From the NCBI GenBank assembly GCA_902569105.1, contig CACFTE010000004.1, positions 6,303 to 70,302 on the forward strand: DNA of 64,000 nt. The letters are read 5' to 3'. The stretch comes from an uncultured Pelagibacteraceae bacterium (GTDB lineage Bacteria > Pseudomonadota > Alphaproteobacteria > Pelagibacterales > Pelagibacteraceae). Shown piece after piece: positions 53,489 through 63,605 of this stretch. Both the position numbers and the translations under genes were made by a program. The notes under the pieces were generated by a model. It did no database searches, was not told the DNA's origin, and saw only the letters and a list, made by a program, of their open reading frames with translations. The stretch's first letter is position 1. Each line of letters opens with the position of its first letter.

Positions 53489-53877
53489 GATACAAATTTA
53501 CACCTGCTAAGAATCCTAGAGTATTAATTATTCAAAAAGTTTATAGCAAAGTAATAAATAACGAGCAAAAAATTACTTTTGAAAAACATCGATTTAAAAA
53601 ATTTATTAAAGATGTAGTACTTGGAACTATTGAAAGATTAGAATTAATTAATGAAGAAATAAAAATTATAGAAAATACTTTTAATTTAAATAATTTAGAC
53701 AATATATTTAAAATTATCATACAATGTGCGACATTTGAATTGATGTTTAAACCAAATCTATCAAGGAAAATAATAATTAAAGAGTATTTAAATGTATCAA
53801 ATTTTTTCTTAAATAATTCTCAAACTAAATATTTGAATGCAATTCTTGATAATTTGTCAAAAAAAATAAACAAATGA
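53485..53877 (+). CDS. nusB: Transcription antitermination factor NusB (divergent)
   Basis: ATFEL, IIIKEYL, YLNAILD; ribH-nusB-thiL order. Confidence 0.85.
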   Translation: MRYKFTPAKNPRVLIIQKVYSKVINNEQKITFEKHRFKKFIKDVVLGTIERLELINEEIKIIENTFNLNNLDNIFKIIIQCATFELMFKPNLSRKIIIKEYLNVSNFFLNNSQTKYLNAILDNLSKKINK

Positions 53878-54827
53878 ACGAGACAGACTTAATTAAAAGT
53901 TTAAGAAAAATTATTATACATCCATCTGCACTAGATTTAAATGACGATGTTTTTTATGATAAAAAAAACAAATTAGTTGGATCTATTGATACTTATAACC
54001 AGGGGATTCATTTTTTGGATTTTAAATACCCAAAACTTATTATTAAAAAAATTATAAGATCATCGATTTCTGATATTCTTTCTAAAGGAACTGATCCCAA
54101 ATATTTATTGATATCTTTCTCAGGTTCAAAAAAAAACTTTAGTAACACAAATATTAAATTAATTATAAATTCTATTAAACAAGAACAAAAAAAATATAGC
54201 TTTTTTCTAATTGGGGGTGATACTAATTCATCAAACAAAGGGTCTTTTACAGTTTGTGTTTTTGGTTATTCAAAAAAAATAATTAGAAGGAATAATTGTA
54301 AACTGAATGATGATATTTACGTTACAGGAAATATTGGTGATGCATCTGTTGGATTGAATTTTATGAAAAATAAAATTACATCATCATATAAAATTAAAAA
54401 ATATTTTATAGATAAATATTTTAAACCATCTTTGCCATATGGTTTTCATAGAGAATTGTTCAAATTTTCAAATTCTTCAATGGATATTTCAGATGGTCTT
54501 TTAATTGACTTAAAAAAAAAATTAACAAATAAAAAATTAGGATTTATTGTAAATTACGATTTATTACCTAAATCATATTATTTTCAAAAGTTATCAAACG
54601 AAAAGAAAATTTCTCCAAAACATCATTTATTCAATGGAGATGATTATCAAATTCTGTTTTCAGCAAAAAAAAAATACAGAAAAATTATTCATAAATATTC
54701 AATTAAATGGAATCAGAAAGTTACAAGGATAGGTAGTATTACAAATAGTGTTAATAATTACATGATATTTAATGATAAATTAATAAAAATTAAGGATTAT
54801 CGTGGTTATACGCACAATTTTAGGTAA
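53874..54827 (+). CDS. thiL: Thiamine-monophosphate kinase
   Basis: SDILSKG, LIGGDT, VTGNIGD, MDISDGL, GDDYQILF. Confidence 0.92.
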   Translation: MNETDLIKSLRKIIIHPSALDLNDDVFYDKKNKLVGSIDTYNQGIHFLDFKYPKLIIKKIIRSSISDILSKGTDPKYLLISFSGSKKNFSNTNIKLIINSIKQEQKKYSFFLIGGDTNSSNKGSFTVCVFGYSKKIIRRNNCKLNDDIYVTGNIGDASVGLNFMKNKITSSYKIKKYFIDKYFKPSLPYGFHRELFKFSNSSMDISDGLLIDLKKKLTNKKLGFIVNYDLLPKSYYFQKLSNEKKISPKHHLFNGDDYQILFSAKKKYRKIIHKYSIKWNQKVTRIGSITNSVNNYMIFNDKLIKIKDYRGYTHNFR

Positions 54828-54908
54828 GATTATTTATTGCCTTTTAGAGTTTTTTTTGTAATGTCCGTTTTTTAAAACTAACAACTTCAACCAACAAGGT
54901 TAATTAAC

Positions 54909-57008
54909 ATGAATGCAGAAACAATTTTAGGTTACACAATTTTAGCAGGGTTATTATCAATAATTTATGGATTTATAACTGGAAAAAATATTTTAAACTC
55001 AAGTGCAGGAAATGCAAAAATGCAAGAAATTGCAAATGCTATTCAAATTGGTGCTAAAGCTTATTTGAATAGACAATACAAAACAATTGCTATTGTTGGT
55101 CTTGTTGTTTTAGTAATCATAAGTTACGCATTTAATATTTTAGTTGGTTTAGGTTATTTATTAGGTGCTACTTTATCTGGTATAGCTGGCTATGTAGGAA
55201 TGCTTGTATCAGTTCAAGCAAACGTAAGAACAGCAGAAGCTTCAAGAAAAGGTTTAAATGCTGGTCTATCTGTAGCTTTTAAATCAGGCGCCGTAACAGG
55301 AATGTTAGTTGCAGGATTAGCTTTGTTATCTATTGCAGTTTATTATTATTTGTTATTGATATTTAATATTGATGAGAGAGAAATTGTAAATGCATTAGTT
55401 GCCTTAGGTTTCGGAGCTTCTTTAATATCAATTTTTGCTAGATTAGGTGGAGGTATTTTTACAAAAGGTGCCGATGTAGGCGCTGATCTAGTTGGTAAAG
55501 TTGAAGCAGGTATACCTGAAGATGATCCAAGAAATCCTGCTGTAATAGCTGACAACGTTGGTGATAACGTAGGCGATTGTGCTGGAATGGCTGCAGATTT
55601 ATTTGAAACTTATGCTGTAACAATTGTTGCAACGATGGTTTTATCATCAATCTTTTTTGTCGGCGATCTTAATATGATGATATATCCCCTAACAATTGGA
55701 GGCGCTTGTATCTTAACTTCTATTTTAGGAACTTATTTTGTGAGATTAGGTAAGTCAAAAAATATAATGACTGCTCTTTACAAAGGTTTTGTTGTAACTG
55801 CAATTACATCTTTAATAATTTTATACCCAATTACTGATTATGTTATAGGCTTAAATAATATTTATGTAATTGGAAATAAAGAATTTACTGGATTAAGTTT
55901 GTATCATTGTGGTGTTATTGGTCTAGTCATAACTGGATTAATTATTTGGGTAACAGAATATTATACAGGAACAGGCTATAGACCTGTAAAAAGTGTTGCA
56001 AAATCCTCAACAACTGGACATGGCACTAATGTCATTCAAGGTTTAGCTGTATCTTTAGAAGCAACCGCTATACCTGCTCTTATCATAGTTGCAGGTATAT
56101 TAATTACAAACTACATAGCTGGATTATTTGGAATTGCTATTGCTGTTACTTCTATGTTGGCACTAGCTGGTATGGTTGTAGCGTTAGATGCTTACGGGCC
56201 TGTAACTGATAATGCTGGTGGTATAGCTGAAATGTCAAAATTGCCTAATAATGTTAGGAAAACTACAGATGCGTTAGATGCAGTTGGTAACACAACTAAA
56301 GCTGTTACAAAGGGATATGCAATAGGTTCAGCTGGGCTAGGTGCATTAGTTCTCTTTGCAGCATATACGGAAGATATTAAACATTTCTCAAAGATAGCTG
56401 GTTCTAATCTAGAGGGTATTGTTGTTACATTTGATCTTTCAAATCCATTTGTTGTAGTAGGATTATTAGTTGGAGGTATGCTCCCTTACTTATTTGGCTC
56501 AATGGGTATGCAGGCCGTAGGAAGAGCCGGTGGCGCTGTTGTAATTGAAGTAAGAAGACAATTTAAAAAATTTCCAGGCATAATGAAACGTAAACAAAAA
56601 CCAGATTATGCAAAATTAGTAGACTTATTAACTATCGCTGCTATTAAAGAGATGATAGTTCCATCATTACTTCCTGTATTATCACCAATTGTCCTATATT
56701 TTGCGATTTACGCTATAGGTGGACAGGTTGCTGCGTTGGCTTCTGTTGGTGCTATGTTGTTAGGAGTTATAATTACTGGATTGTTTGTTGCAATTTCTAT
56801 GACTGCTGGTGGAGGAGCATGGGATAATGCTAAAAAATATATTGAGGACGGTAATTTTGGAGGAAAAGGTTCAGAAGCACATAAAGCTGCAGTAACTGGT
56901 GATACAGTTGGAGATCCCTATAAAGATACTGCTGGTCCTGCTGTAAATCCGATGATTAAAATTACAAATATAGTAGCACTTTTACTTTTAGCTGTAATTG
57001 CTGGCTGA
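54909..57008 (+). CDS. hppA: Membrane pyrophosphatase, K+-independent H+-pumping type
   Basis: [37 protein letters not shown]. Confidence 0.95.
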   Translation: MNAETILGYTILAGLLSIIYGFITGKNILNSSAGNAKMQEIANAIQIGAKAYLNRQYKTIAIVGLVVLVIISYAFNILVGLGYLLGATLSGIAGYVGMLVSVQANVRTAEASRKGLNAGLSVAFKSGAVTGMLVAGLALLSIAVYYYLLLIFNIDEREIVNALVALGFGASLISIFARLGGGIFTKGADVGADLVGKVEAGIPEDDPRNPAVIADNVGDNVGDCAGMAADLFETYAVTIVATMVLSSIFFVGDLNMMIYPLTIGGACILTSILGTYFVRLGKSKNIMTALYKGFVVTAITSLIILYPITDYVIGLNNIYVIGNKEFTGLSLYHCGVIGLVITGLIIWVTEYYTGTGYRPVKSVAKSSTTGHGTNVIQGLAVSLEATAIPALIIVAGILITNYIAGLFGIAIAVTSMLALAGMVVALDAYGPVTDNAGGIAEMSKLPNNVRKTTDALDAVGNTTKAVTKGYAIGSAGLGALVLFAAYTEDIKHFSKIAGSNLEGIVVTFDLSNPFVVVGLLVGGMLPYLFGSMGMQAVGRAGGAVVIEVRRQFKKFPGIMKRKQKPDYAKLVDLLTIAAIKEMIVPSLLPVLSPIVLYFAIYAIGGQVAALASVGAMLLGVIITGLFVAISMTAGGGAWDNAKKYIEDGNFGGKGSEAHKAAVTGDTVGDPYKDTAGPAVNPMIKITNIVALLLLAVIAG

Positions 57009-57015
57009 TTTGAAA

Positions 57016-57471
57016 CTATCTTTTTTTGTTAGTTTTTGGACTTTCAATTTTTTGCTTCATACTTTTTAAAACCTTTCCAAAATAGGAAGTATTTTGAAAG
57101 GTTTTTTCTGTAGTATCCTTCACGGTCTTGAGGTTTTTCATATCGTTCAAGTTATAAATTTTTTTTTCTTTAACTATACCGTATTTATCAAAACTAATTT
57201 CTAGAATAGTGTTTTTATTTATTTTTGATTTTCCTAATTTAAACACTGACTGGTTTATGTTCTCTCGTTGTATATAAAACCATATATTTTCGTCAAACAG
57301 GCTTATTGTAGAAGGTTTTCCTATTACATTTATTACATCATTTTTATTTGTCTTAGATATGTTGATTTTATCAGCTTTTAACTCAAGAGCACCAAAACCA
57401 TGATTATTAACGACTTTATTATTTGAACAACTTAATGTAATAAAAAAACATAAAATAAATAATTTTTTCAT
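57016..57471 (-). CDS. bamE: Outer membrane protein assembly factor BamE (lipoprotein)
   Basis: Lipobox TLSC, TNKNDV..IGKPS, WFYI, FDKYGIV. Confidence 0.88.
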   Translation of the reverse strand: MKKLFILCFFITLSCSNNKVVNNHGFGALELKADKINISKTNKNDVINVIGKPSTISLFDENIWFYIQRENINQSVFKLGKSKINKNTILEISFDKYGIVKEKKIYNLNDMKNLKTVKDTTEKTFQNTSYFGKVLKSMKQKIESPKTNKKR

Positions 57472-57945
57472 ATGACTAGAGAATATACAAATATTTACAA
57501 TAATTTAATAAAATTAACTAGAAATAAATTACTATACATAAACTTAAAAGATGAAGAAACATTTTCTGATAGGATAGTTTTTTTGTTAATACATTTATCT
57601 TTTTTTATTAAAATTTATAAAGAAACAGTTTCTAAAGATAAATTACAGGAAATCCACGATTTTATTTTCAACCAAATAGAGATGTCAATAAGAGAAATTG
57701 GATATGGCGATGTTTCTATTAATAAAAATATGAAAAAATATGTAAATTTCTTTTATAGTATTATTTCAGAAATTAATGATTGGGATAATGCTGAACTCGA
57801 TAAAAAATCTACAATTTTATATAAATTTATTAATAATCCTAAAAATATTACTATTTTTATTAATTATTTTGATAAATTATCTACTTTTTATAAAAATAAT
57901 ACTTTAAATTATTTCTCAAAAGATATAGAAGAAATCAAACTTTAA
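57472..57945 (+). CDS. Ubiquinol-cytochrome c chaperone (Cbp3/UQCC1 family)
   Basis: [26 protein letters not shown]; usual position opposite bamE. Confidence 0.85.
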   Translation: MTREYTNIYNNLIKLTRNKLLYINLKDEETFSDRIVFLLIHLSFFIKIYKETVSKDKLQEIHDFIFNQIEMSIREIGYGDVSINKNMKKYVNFFYSIISEINDWDNAELDKKSTILYKFINNPKNITIFINYFDKLSTFYKNNTLNYFSKDIEEIKL

Positions 57946-57947
57946 TT

Positions 57948-58127
57948 ATGGCTGTACCTAAACGTAAAACTACACCTTCAAGAGCTGGAAAGAGAAGATC
58001 ACACATAAAGGTTTCTCCTAAAAATATTATAGAAGACAAAAAATCTGGAGAATATAGACTTTCACATCATTTAGATTTAAAAACAGGATTTTATAAAGGA
58101 AGACAAGTTTTAGATCCTAAAGAATAA
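57948..58127 (+). CDS. rpmF: 50S ribosomal protein L32 (missing from the ORF track, 59 aa)
   Basis: Hand translation [19 protein letters not shown]...[22 protein letters not shown]. Confidence 0.96.
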   Translation: MAVPKRKTTPSRAGKRRSHIKVSPKNIIEDKKSGEYRLSHHLDLKTGFYKGRQVLDPKE

Positions 58128-58138
58128 TATTATTATTT

Positions 58139-59146
58139 ATGTCAAACTCAGTTGTAATTGCAGTAGATGCAATGGGTGGAGATAACTCACCAAATAAAAT
58201 TATTGCAGGTATTTCACATTATTTGCAAAAGAATAAAGATGTTTACTTTAGAATATTTGGCAATAAGAAATTAATTGAAAGTCAAATATCTAAAAATCAG
58301 ATAAACAATGTTTTTTTTGAAGTAATCAATTGTGATGATGTAGTCGAAAATAATGATACACCTTTAGCCGCTGCTAAGAAAAAGAATACAAGTATGTGGC
58401 AGGCAATTAATGACGTAAAAGATAAAAAATCAAATGTAATTGTTTCTGCTGGAAACACAGGTGCACTGTTCGTTATATCAAAGCTAAATATGAAAATGAT
58501 TGAAAATATTAGTAAACCCGCTTTAGCTGCTTTGTGGCCAAATAAAATTGATATGAATATAGTTCTTGATTTAGGTGCTAACGTTGAATGTGATGAAAAA
58601 AATTTTGAAGATTTTGCAATAATGGGAGCGGCATTGCATAAAGCTCTTTACCCTTCAGATGATTCAAGAGTAGCCTTATTAAATATTGGTTCAGAGGAAA
58701 TAAAAGGTCATGAAACAATTAAAAAAGCTTACCAATCAATGGAAAGTAAAAAAAATAATTTGTATGAGTTTTGTGGATATATAGAGGGTAATCATATTAT
58801 GGATGGTGACGTTAATGTAATTGTTACAGATGGTTTCACAGGAAATGTAGCACTAAAAACTGCTGAAGGTACAGCAAATTTTATTTCAACTGAACTTAAA
58901 AAAGCTTTATCAACAGGTCTTATTGCAAAAATATCTAGCTTAGCAAATATATCTAATTTAAAAAGATTTAAAAAAAGACTCGACCCAAGACTATATAATG
59001 GTGCAATTCTTTTAGGTCTTGAAACACCAGTAATAAAAAGTCATGGATCAACCGATTATATTGGTTTTGCAAATTCATTAGATGTTTGTGTAAAAACCGT
59101 AAGGGGTCACTTAATTGATAAAATTAAAAAAAATATATCAATCTGA
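58139..59146 (+). CDS. plsX: Phosphate acyltransferase PlsX
   Basis: AVDAMGGD, SAGNTGA, LDLGAN, DGFTGNVALK, KSHG. Confidence 0.97.
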   Translation: MSNSVVIAVDAMGGDNSPNKIIAGISHYLQKNKDVYFRIFGNKKLIESQISKNQINNVFFEVINCDDVVENNDTPLAAAKKKNTSMWQAINDVKDKKSNVIVSAGNTGALFVISKLNMKMIENISKPALAALWPNKIDMNIVLDLGANVECDEKNFEDFAIMGAALHKALYPSDDSRVALLNIGSEEIKGHETIKKAYQSMESKKNNLYEFCGYIEGNHIMDGDVNVIVTDGFTGNVALKTAEGTANFISTELKKALSTGLIAKISSLANISNLKRFKKRLDPRLYNGAILLGLETPVIKSHGSTDYIGFANSLDVCVKTVRGHLIDKIKKNISI

Positions 59147-59439
59147 TGCGTCAAAACCTAACTAAAAAAGAAATAATTAATTCAATTTACATGCAGCTAG
59201 GGTATTCAAAAAAACTGATTGAAAATATTTTGGAAGATATTTTTGATATACTATTAGATAATTTAAAATTAAAAGGTAAAGTAAAAATATCTAATTTTGG
59301 AACATTCATTTTAAGACATAAAAAATCAAGATTGGGTAGAAATCCAAAAACCAAAAAAGAAGTTATTATTTCTGAAAGAAATGTAATATTATTCAAGCCA
59401 TCAAGATACTTAAAAAATAAAATAAACGATGACAAATAA
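59146..59439 (+). CDS. ihfA: Integration host factor alpha (HU/IHF family)
   Basis: LTKKEI, VKISNFGTF, GRNPKT, FKPS; plsX-ihfA-merR order. Confidence 0.88.
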   Translation: MRQNLTKKEIINSIYMQLGYSKKLIENILEDIFDILLDNLKLKGKVKISNFGTFILRHKKSRLGRNPKTKKEVIISERNVILFKPSRYLKNKINDDK

Positions 59440-59794
59440 ATTATCTTCGGCATATAAGACGATAGGAGAGGTTGTGATTTTACTAAATAATGAAAAGCCA
59501 AAAGAGAATAAAATTAATTCCCATACGTTAAGATTTTGGGAAACTCAATTTAAACAATTAAAGCCTAAGGTATTTAATAATAAGAGGAGATATTACGATA
59601 ATAATACTATAGAATTGCTTAAATTTATAAAGTTCCTGCTTAAATCTGAAGGTTTTACAATTCAGGGCGTTAAAAAGCATTTAAATCAAAAAAAATCAAA
59701 TCTTGACGATTCAGTATTTACCTCTATAAGAGCAAAATATTTTAAGAGTAAACTATCGAACCTTAAAAATATAATAAATGAGTTAAAGAAATAA
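59429..59794 (+). CDS. MerR-family HTH regulator
   Basis: TIGEV, HTLRFWETQF, RRYY, GFTIQGVK. Confidence 0.9.
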   Translation: MTNKLSSAYKTIGEVVILLNNEKPKENKINSHTLRFWETQFKQLKPKVFNNKRRYYDNNTIELLKFIKFLLKSEGFTIQGVKKHLNQKKSNLDDSVFTSIRAKYFKSKLSNLKNIINELKK

Positions 59795-59795
59795 T

Positions 59796-59987
59796 ATGGC
59801 TAAAAAAACATTTGTTAAAATTAGAATGGTACCAGAATCAAAACCTGATAGTCCATTTTATTATTATCTTAAAAAACCTGCAGGTGGAGAAAAAGCTAAA
59901 GTGAAATTATCTGCCAGAAAATATAATCCTAGTACTAGAAAGCATGAAAAATTTGTAGAAAAAAAACTCCCGCCACATAGTAAATAA
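59796..59987 (+). CDS. rpmG: 50S ribosomal protein L33
   Basis: MAKK..VKIRMV, KYNPSTRKHEKFVEKK. Confidence 0.9.
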   Translation: MAKKTFVKIRMVPESKPDSPFYYYLKKPAGGEKAKVKLSARKYNPSTRKHEKFVEKKLPPHSK

Positions 59988-60278
59988 TTATTTTTTTTTA
60001 AAATTTCTTCTCTCGTAATCAATATAAGCTCTGATCATATTTATCCATATACGTTTGGTGATTTTTGGATCAATATTATTTTTTATTGATTTTTTTCTTA
60101 TCTGAATAAGAATTTTTTTTATTCTTTTGTTATCAACTATTTGGTATTTGTGTTTTTTTAATTTTAAAACTTGATTTACTAGAGATGTTCTTTTTTTAAT
60201 TACCTTAATAAGCACATTGTCTAAATCATCAAGACTTTTCCTTAGTTTTGTTAATTTTTTATATTTATCAGGCGACAT
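59988..60278 (-). CDS. Chorismate mutase, AroQ type
   Basis: LRKSLDDLD..I..R, IVDNKR, IDYE. Confidence 0.85.
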   Translation of the reverse strand: MSPDKYKKLTKLRKSLDDLDNVLIKVIKKRTSLVNQVLKLKKHKYQIVDNKRIKKILIQIRKKSIKNNIDPKITKRIWINMIRAYIDYERRNFKKK

Positions 60279-60321
60279 TTATTAAATTGGATTTACTAAT
60301 AATTATTATATTTATCCAAAT

Positions 60322-61335
60322 ATGTATATAGAAAATAATATTATAAAAAGACAATTATCAATTTGGCTGATTTTTATGTTCAATCTAATTGCAATAATGA
60401 TAGTTGTTGGTGGCTTAACTAGGTTGACTGACTCAGGTTTATCTATAACAAAATGGGAGTTATTTTCAGGCACATTTCCACCCTTTAGTGAAGAACAGTG
60501 GAATAGTTATTTTGATTTATATAAACAAATTCCTGAATATCATCTTCAAAATTTTTTGATGACAATGAGTGACTTTAAAGTAATTTTTTGGTGGGAATGG
60601 GCACATAGATTCCTAGGTAGGTTGATTGGGATAACTTTTTTAATACCATTACTTTATTTTACATTTAAAATTAATTTTAGAAGTTTGATTAATTATTATT
60701 TGATTTTTTTCTTAATTTGTTTTCAAGGTTTAGTAGGTTGGTATATGGTAAGTAGTGGACTTATCGATAAAATCGATGTAAGTCATTTTAGACTTTCTAT
60801 TCATTTACTAGTAGCTTTTATAATTTTATCTCTAATATATTGGAATTATTTAAAATTAAACATTAATAATGATGTTCAATATAATTTAAATTCCAAGTTA
60901 CCATTAATATTTTTATTTTTAGTATTTTTTCAAATAGTTATTGGTGCATTCGTTTCAGGTATGGATGCTGGAAAAATTTATAATTCTTGGCCAATGATGG
61001 GTGATTCATATTTTCCTAATGATAGTAATATATCTGATATTTTTAAAGTTTCTGCTTTTAGTGAACCATCTCTAGTTCAATTTATGCATAGAAATTTAGC
61101 ATATTTAATATTTATCGTTTATTTATGTTTAGCTTTTACTATTTATAAAAAAAAAGCAATTAAATTTTATCGCCCAATTAAAATTTTAGGTATTTTTATC
61201 ATAACACAAATATTGTTAGGAATATTTACTATTTTATACGGTGCTCATATCTATATAGCTTCACTTCACCAAATAAGTTCTATATTTTTAATCAGTTCAA
61301 GTATTTATTTAGTCTATATTAATTCAAAATCATAA
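60322..61335 (+). CDS. ctaA: Heme A synthase (COX15/CtaA)
   Basis: GGLTRLTDSGLSI, WEWAHR, GWYMV, QFMHR, LHQ. Confidence 0.95.
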   Translation: MYIENNIIKRQLSIWLIFMFNLIAIMIVVGGLTRLTDSGLSITKWELFSGTFPPFSEEQWNSYFDLYKQIPEYHLQNFLMTMSDFKVIFWWEWAHRFLGRLIGITFLIPLLYFTFKINFRSLINYYLIFFLICFQGLVGWYMVSSGLIDKIDVSHFRLSIHLLVAFIILSLIYWNYLKLNINNDVQYNLNSKLPLIFLFLVFFQIVIGAFVSGMDAGKIYNSWPMMGDSYFPNDSNISDIFKVSAFSEPSLVQFMHRNLAYLIFIVYLCLAFTIYKKKAIKFYRPIKILGIFIITQILLGIFTILYGAHIYIASLHQISSIFLISSSIYLVYINSKS

Positions 61336-61371
61336 TTTTGATTCAAAATTTAAATGTACAATATTTAAAGA

Positions 61372-62187
61372 TTATTTGTTGGAGGGATAATTATCTAATA
61401 TAAATTTTTTTAAAACTTTTAAAACTCTATCGGCTTCTTCTAATAACATCATGTGACCACAATTATCAATTATTTCAACTTTACTTCCTTCAATCAAATC
61501 AGCTAATTTTTTACCTTCCTTTACAGGGCACATTTTATCTCCTGTTGCTAATATAGAAAGTGTTGGTATTTTAATTTTTTTAGCAGCCTCAAAACCGTTT
61601 TTATAATTATCACAAGCTCTAAAGTCCACACCAAGTGTATTTTTTATAGTCCTTGACTTTGCAAGCATACCTCCAGTATTTATATGGTATAATCCAGGTA
61701 CTGGATGACCACCAAAATGTCCGGCTGGACCATGAGCCCAATCCATCATCAAATCCACCGCCTTTGGATCATTATTTTCTGCTAAAGATAAAAGTTCTGG
61801 ATTCATTGGTATTGCTCCAGCTCCGCCCATTAAACTTAATGTTTTAATTTTATTTGGATTTCTTGCTGCACATTCCATAGTCACCAAGCAACCTTGTGAA
61901 TGACCAACTAACGATGCATCTTTGTAACCAACGGAGTCAATTACATCACTAACCCAGTCTGCCATTTCTTCTATGGATTTCAAACATTCACCACTAGATA
62001 ATCCATGACCAGGCATGTCCAAAGCAAGAACAGTATATCCATGAAATGCAAAATATCTTGTCTGCAGTACCCATGTCATGTGAGTTAATCCACTTCCATG
62101 AACAAAGATTATTAATGGTTTATTTTTATCAAAAGGTCGACCTCCAGTAGAAGCAAATATCTCTGTACCATTTACTTTAAATTTCAT
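61372..62187 (-). CDS. Alpha/beta hydrolase
   Basis: FVHGSG, DMPGHG, GHSQG nucleophile elbow, GDKMCP, CGH. Confidence 0.9.
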   Translation of the reverse strand: MKFKVNGTEIFASTGGRPFDKNKPLIIFVHGSGLTHMTWVLQTRYFAFHGYTVLALDMPGHGLSSGECLKSIEEMADWVSDVIDSVGYKDASLVGHSQGCLVTMECAARNPNKIKTLSLMGGAGAIPMNPELLSLAENNDPKAVDLMMDWAHGPAGHFGGHPVPGLYHINTGGMLAKSRTIKNTLGVDFRACDNYKNGFEAAKKIKIPTLSILATGDKMCPVKEGKKLADLIEGSKVEIIDNCGHMMLLEEADRVLKVLKKFILDNYPSNK

Positions 62188-63518
62188 TGATTTGAGACTA
62201 GTCGTGGCTTACGCGCTGCTCTAAAACCAACTTCAAAGTCATTTTTTATATCATCAATGTCTTCAATACCTACTGATAATCTAATCATGTCATGTGAAAG
62301 ACCTGCAAATTTTAGTGTAGCCTCATCCATTTGAGAATGAGTTCCTGATGCAGGATGGATAACTAGTGTTCTTGTGTCACCAACATTGGCTAAATGTGAT
62401 GCAAGTTTAACATTATTAATAAAAGCTACTCCAGCATCTTTACCACCTTTAATTCCGAAAGCTATCATAGACCCACGTCCATTAGGTAAAAGTTTTTTTG
62501 CAAGTTCATGATCTGGATGATCTGGAACACTTGGGTGTGAAACCCACGCAACACTTTCATGTCCAAGTAAATATTTAACCATTTCCTCAGCATTAGAACA
62601 ATGTTTTTTCATTCTTACTGATAAGGTTTCTATTCCTTGTAAAACATTCCAAGCATTTTGAGGACTAAGACATGGACCAAAATCTCTCATCCCTTCGGCT
62701 CTAGCTTTCATTGTAAAAGCAGTCGGGCCAAATTCTTCTGCAAATGAAAGTCCATGATAACCTTCATAAGGTGTCGTCATAGTTGGAAATTTATCATTTT
62801 GCATCCAATCAAATTTTCCACCTTCAACTAATATCCCAGCCATTGATGAACCATGTCCTGCCATCCATTTAGTTAATGAATGAACAACAATATCTGCTCC
62901 ATGTTCAAATGGTTTACAAAGGTAAGGTGTTTGATAAGTGGCATCAACAATCAAAGGAATACCTGCATCATGTGCAATTTTTGATATTTCAGGCATATTC
63001 ATTAATTCATTTCCAGGGTTACCTACAAGTTCTCCAAATATACCTTTAGTATTTTTTTGAATTGCTTTTTTAAATCCCTCAGTATCTCTAGGTTTAACAA
63101 ATGTACATTTAATTCCAAATTTTGGTAAAGTAAGCCTAAATAAATTGACAGTCCCACCATATAGTTGTGAAGATACAACTAGATGGTCTCCCGCTTCGCA
63201 TAATGTCATAATTGTTAAAAATATTGCGCTCATTCCTGACGATGTTGCAAGAGCAGCAGTACCACCCTCTAAAGAAGCAACTCTTTCTTCTAAGACTGCT
63301 ACAGTTGGATTAGAAATTCTACTATAAATATGACCACCTCTTTCTAAATTAAATAATGCTGCAGCATGATCAACGTCATCAAATAAATATGAAGTAGTTT
63401 GATAAATGGGCACTTGTCTTGATCCGGCATTTTTATGAGGTTGATAACCAGCATGTAAGCTAAGTGTATCAAATTTGTATGTTTTTGGATCTGTGCCTTT
63501 ATTTTTTTTGTCAGTCAT
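62184..63518 (-). CDS. metY: O-acetylhomoserine aminocarboxypropyltransferase / sulfhydrylase (MetY-like)
   Basis: PIYQTTSY, YSRISNPT, HSLTKW (PLP Lys), LANVGD, RLSVGIE; AAGGA SD. Confidence 0.9.
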   Translation of the reverse strand: MTDKKNKGTDPKTYKFDTLSLHAGYQPHKNAGSRQVPIYQTTSYLFDDVDHAAALFNLERGGHIYSRISNPTVAVLEERVASLEGGTAALATSSGMSAIFLTIMTLCEAGDHLVVSSQLYGGTVNLFRLTLPKFGIKCTFVKPRDTEGFKKAIQKNTKGIFGELVGNPGNELMNMPEISKIAHDAGIPLIVDATYQTPYLCKPFEHGADIVVHSLTKWMAGHGSSMAGILVEGGKFDWMQNDKFPTMTTPYEGYHGLSFAEEFGPTAFTMKARAEGMRDFGPCLSPQNAWNVLQGIETLSVRMKKHCSNAEEMVKYLLGHESVAWVSHPSVPDHPDHELAKKLLPNGRGSMIAFGIKGGKDAGVAFINNVKLASHLANVGDTRTLVIHPASGTHSQMDEATLKFAGLSHDMIRLSVGIEDIDDIKNDFEVGFRAARKPRLVSNQ

Positions 63519-63570
63519 AAATTTTCCTTATTTTTAAATATTAATTATTAACTATCAATATTAATATAAA

Positions 63571-63605
63571 TTGACAATATGACATTTATCAGTATTAATC
63601 CGCCC
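63571..63605 (+). promoter_or_regulatory. Putative sigma70 promoter of rplM
   Basis: Consensus TTGACA(63571), then TATTAAT 16-17 nt later and GC-rich CCGCCC just before the ATG. Confidence 0.55.

Noticed and set aside
50317-54827. Very AT- and Lys-rich rib/nusB/thiL genes as foreign DNA or pseudogenes
   Set aside because: Full-length ORFs with catalytic motifs in ancestral gene order; consistent with compositional drift.
61334-61369. Inverted repeats AATTTTGA-T-TCAAAATT and TTTAAAT..ATTTAAA between ctaA and the hydrolase
   Set aside because: Almost all A/T and too weak to call a terminator; expected by chance at this composition.
1955-63327. Many short ORFs antisense to or nested in real genes (e.g. 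2022-2369, 3361-3741, 17299-17661, 49454-49861, 59187-59501)
   Set aside because: They lie wholly over well-conserved genes and give Phe/Leu/Ser-rich shadow translations with no motifs.
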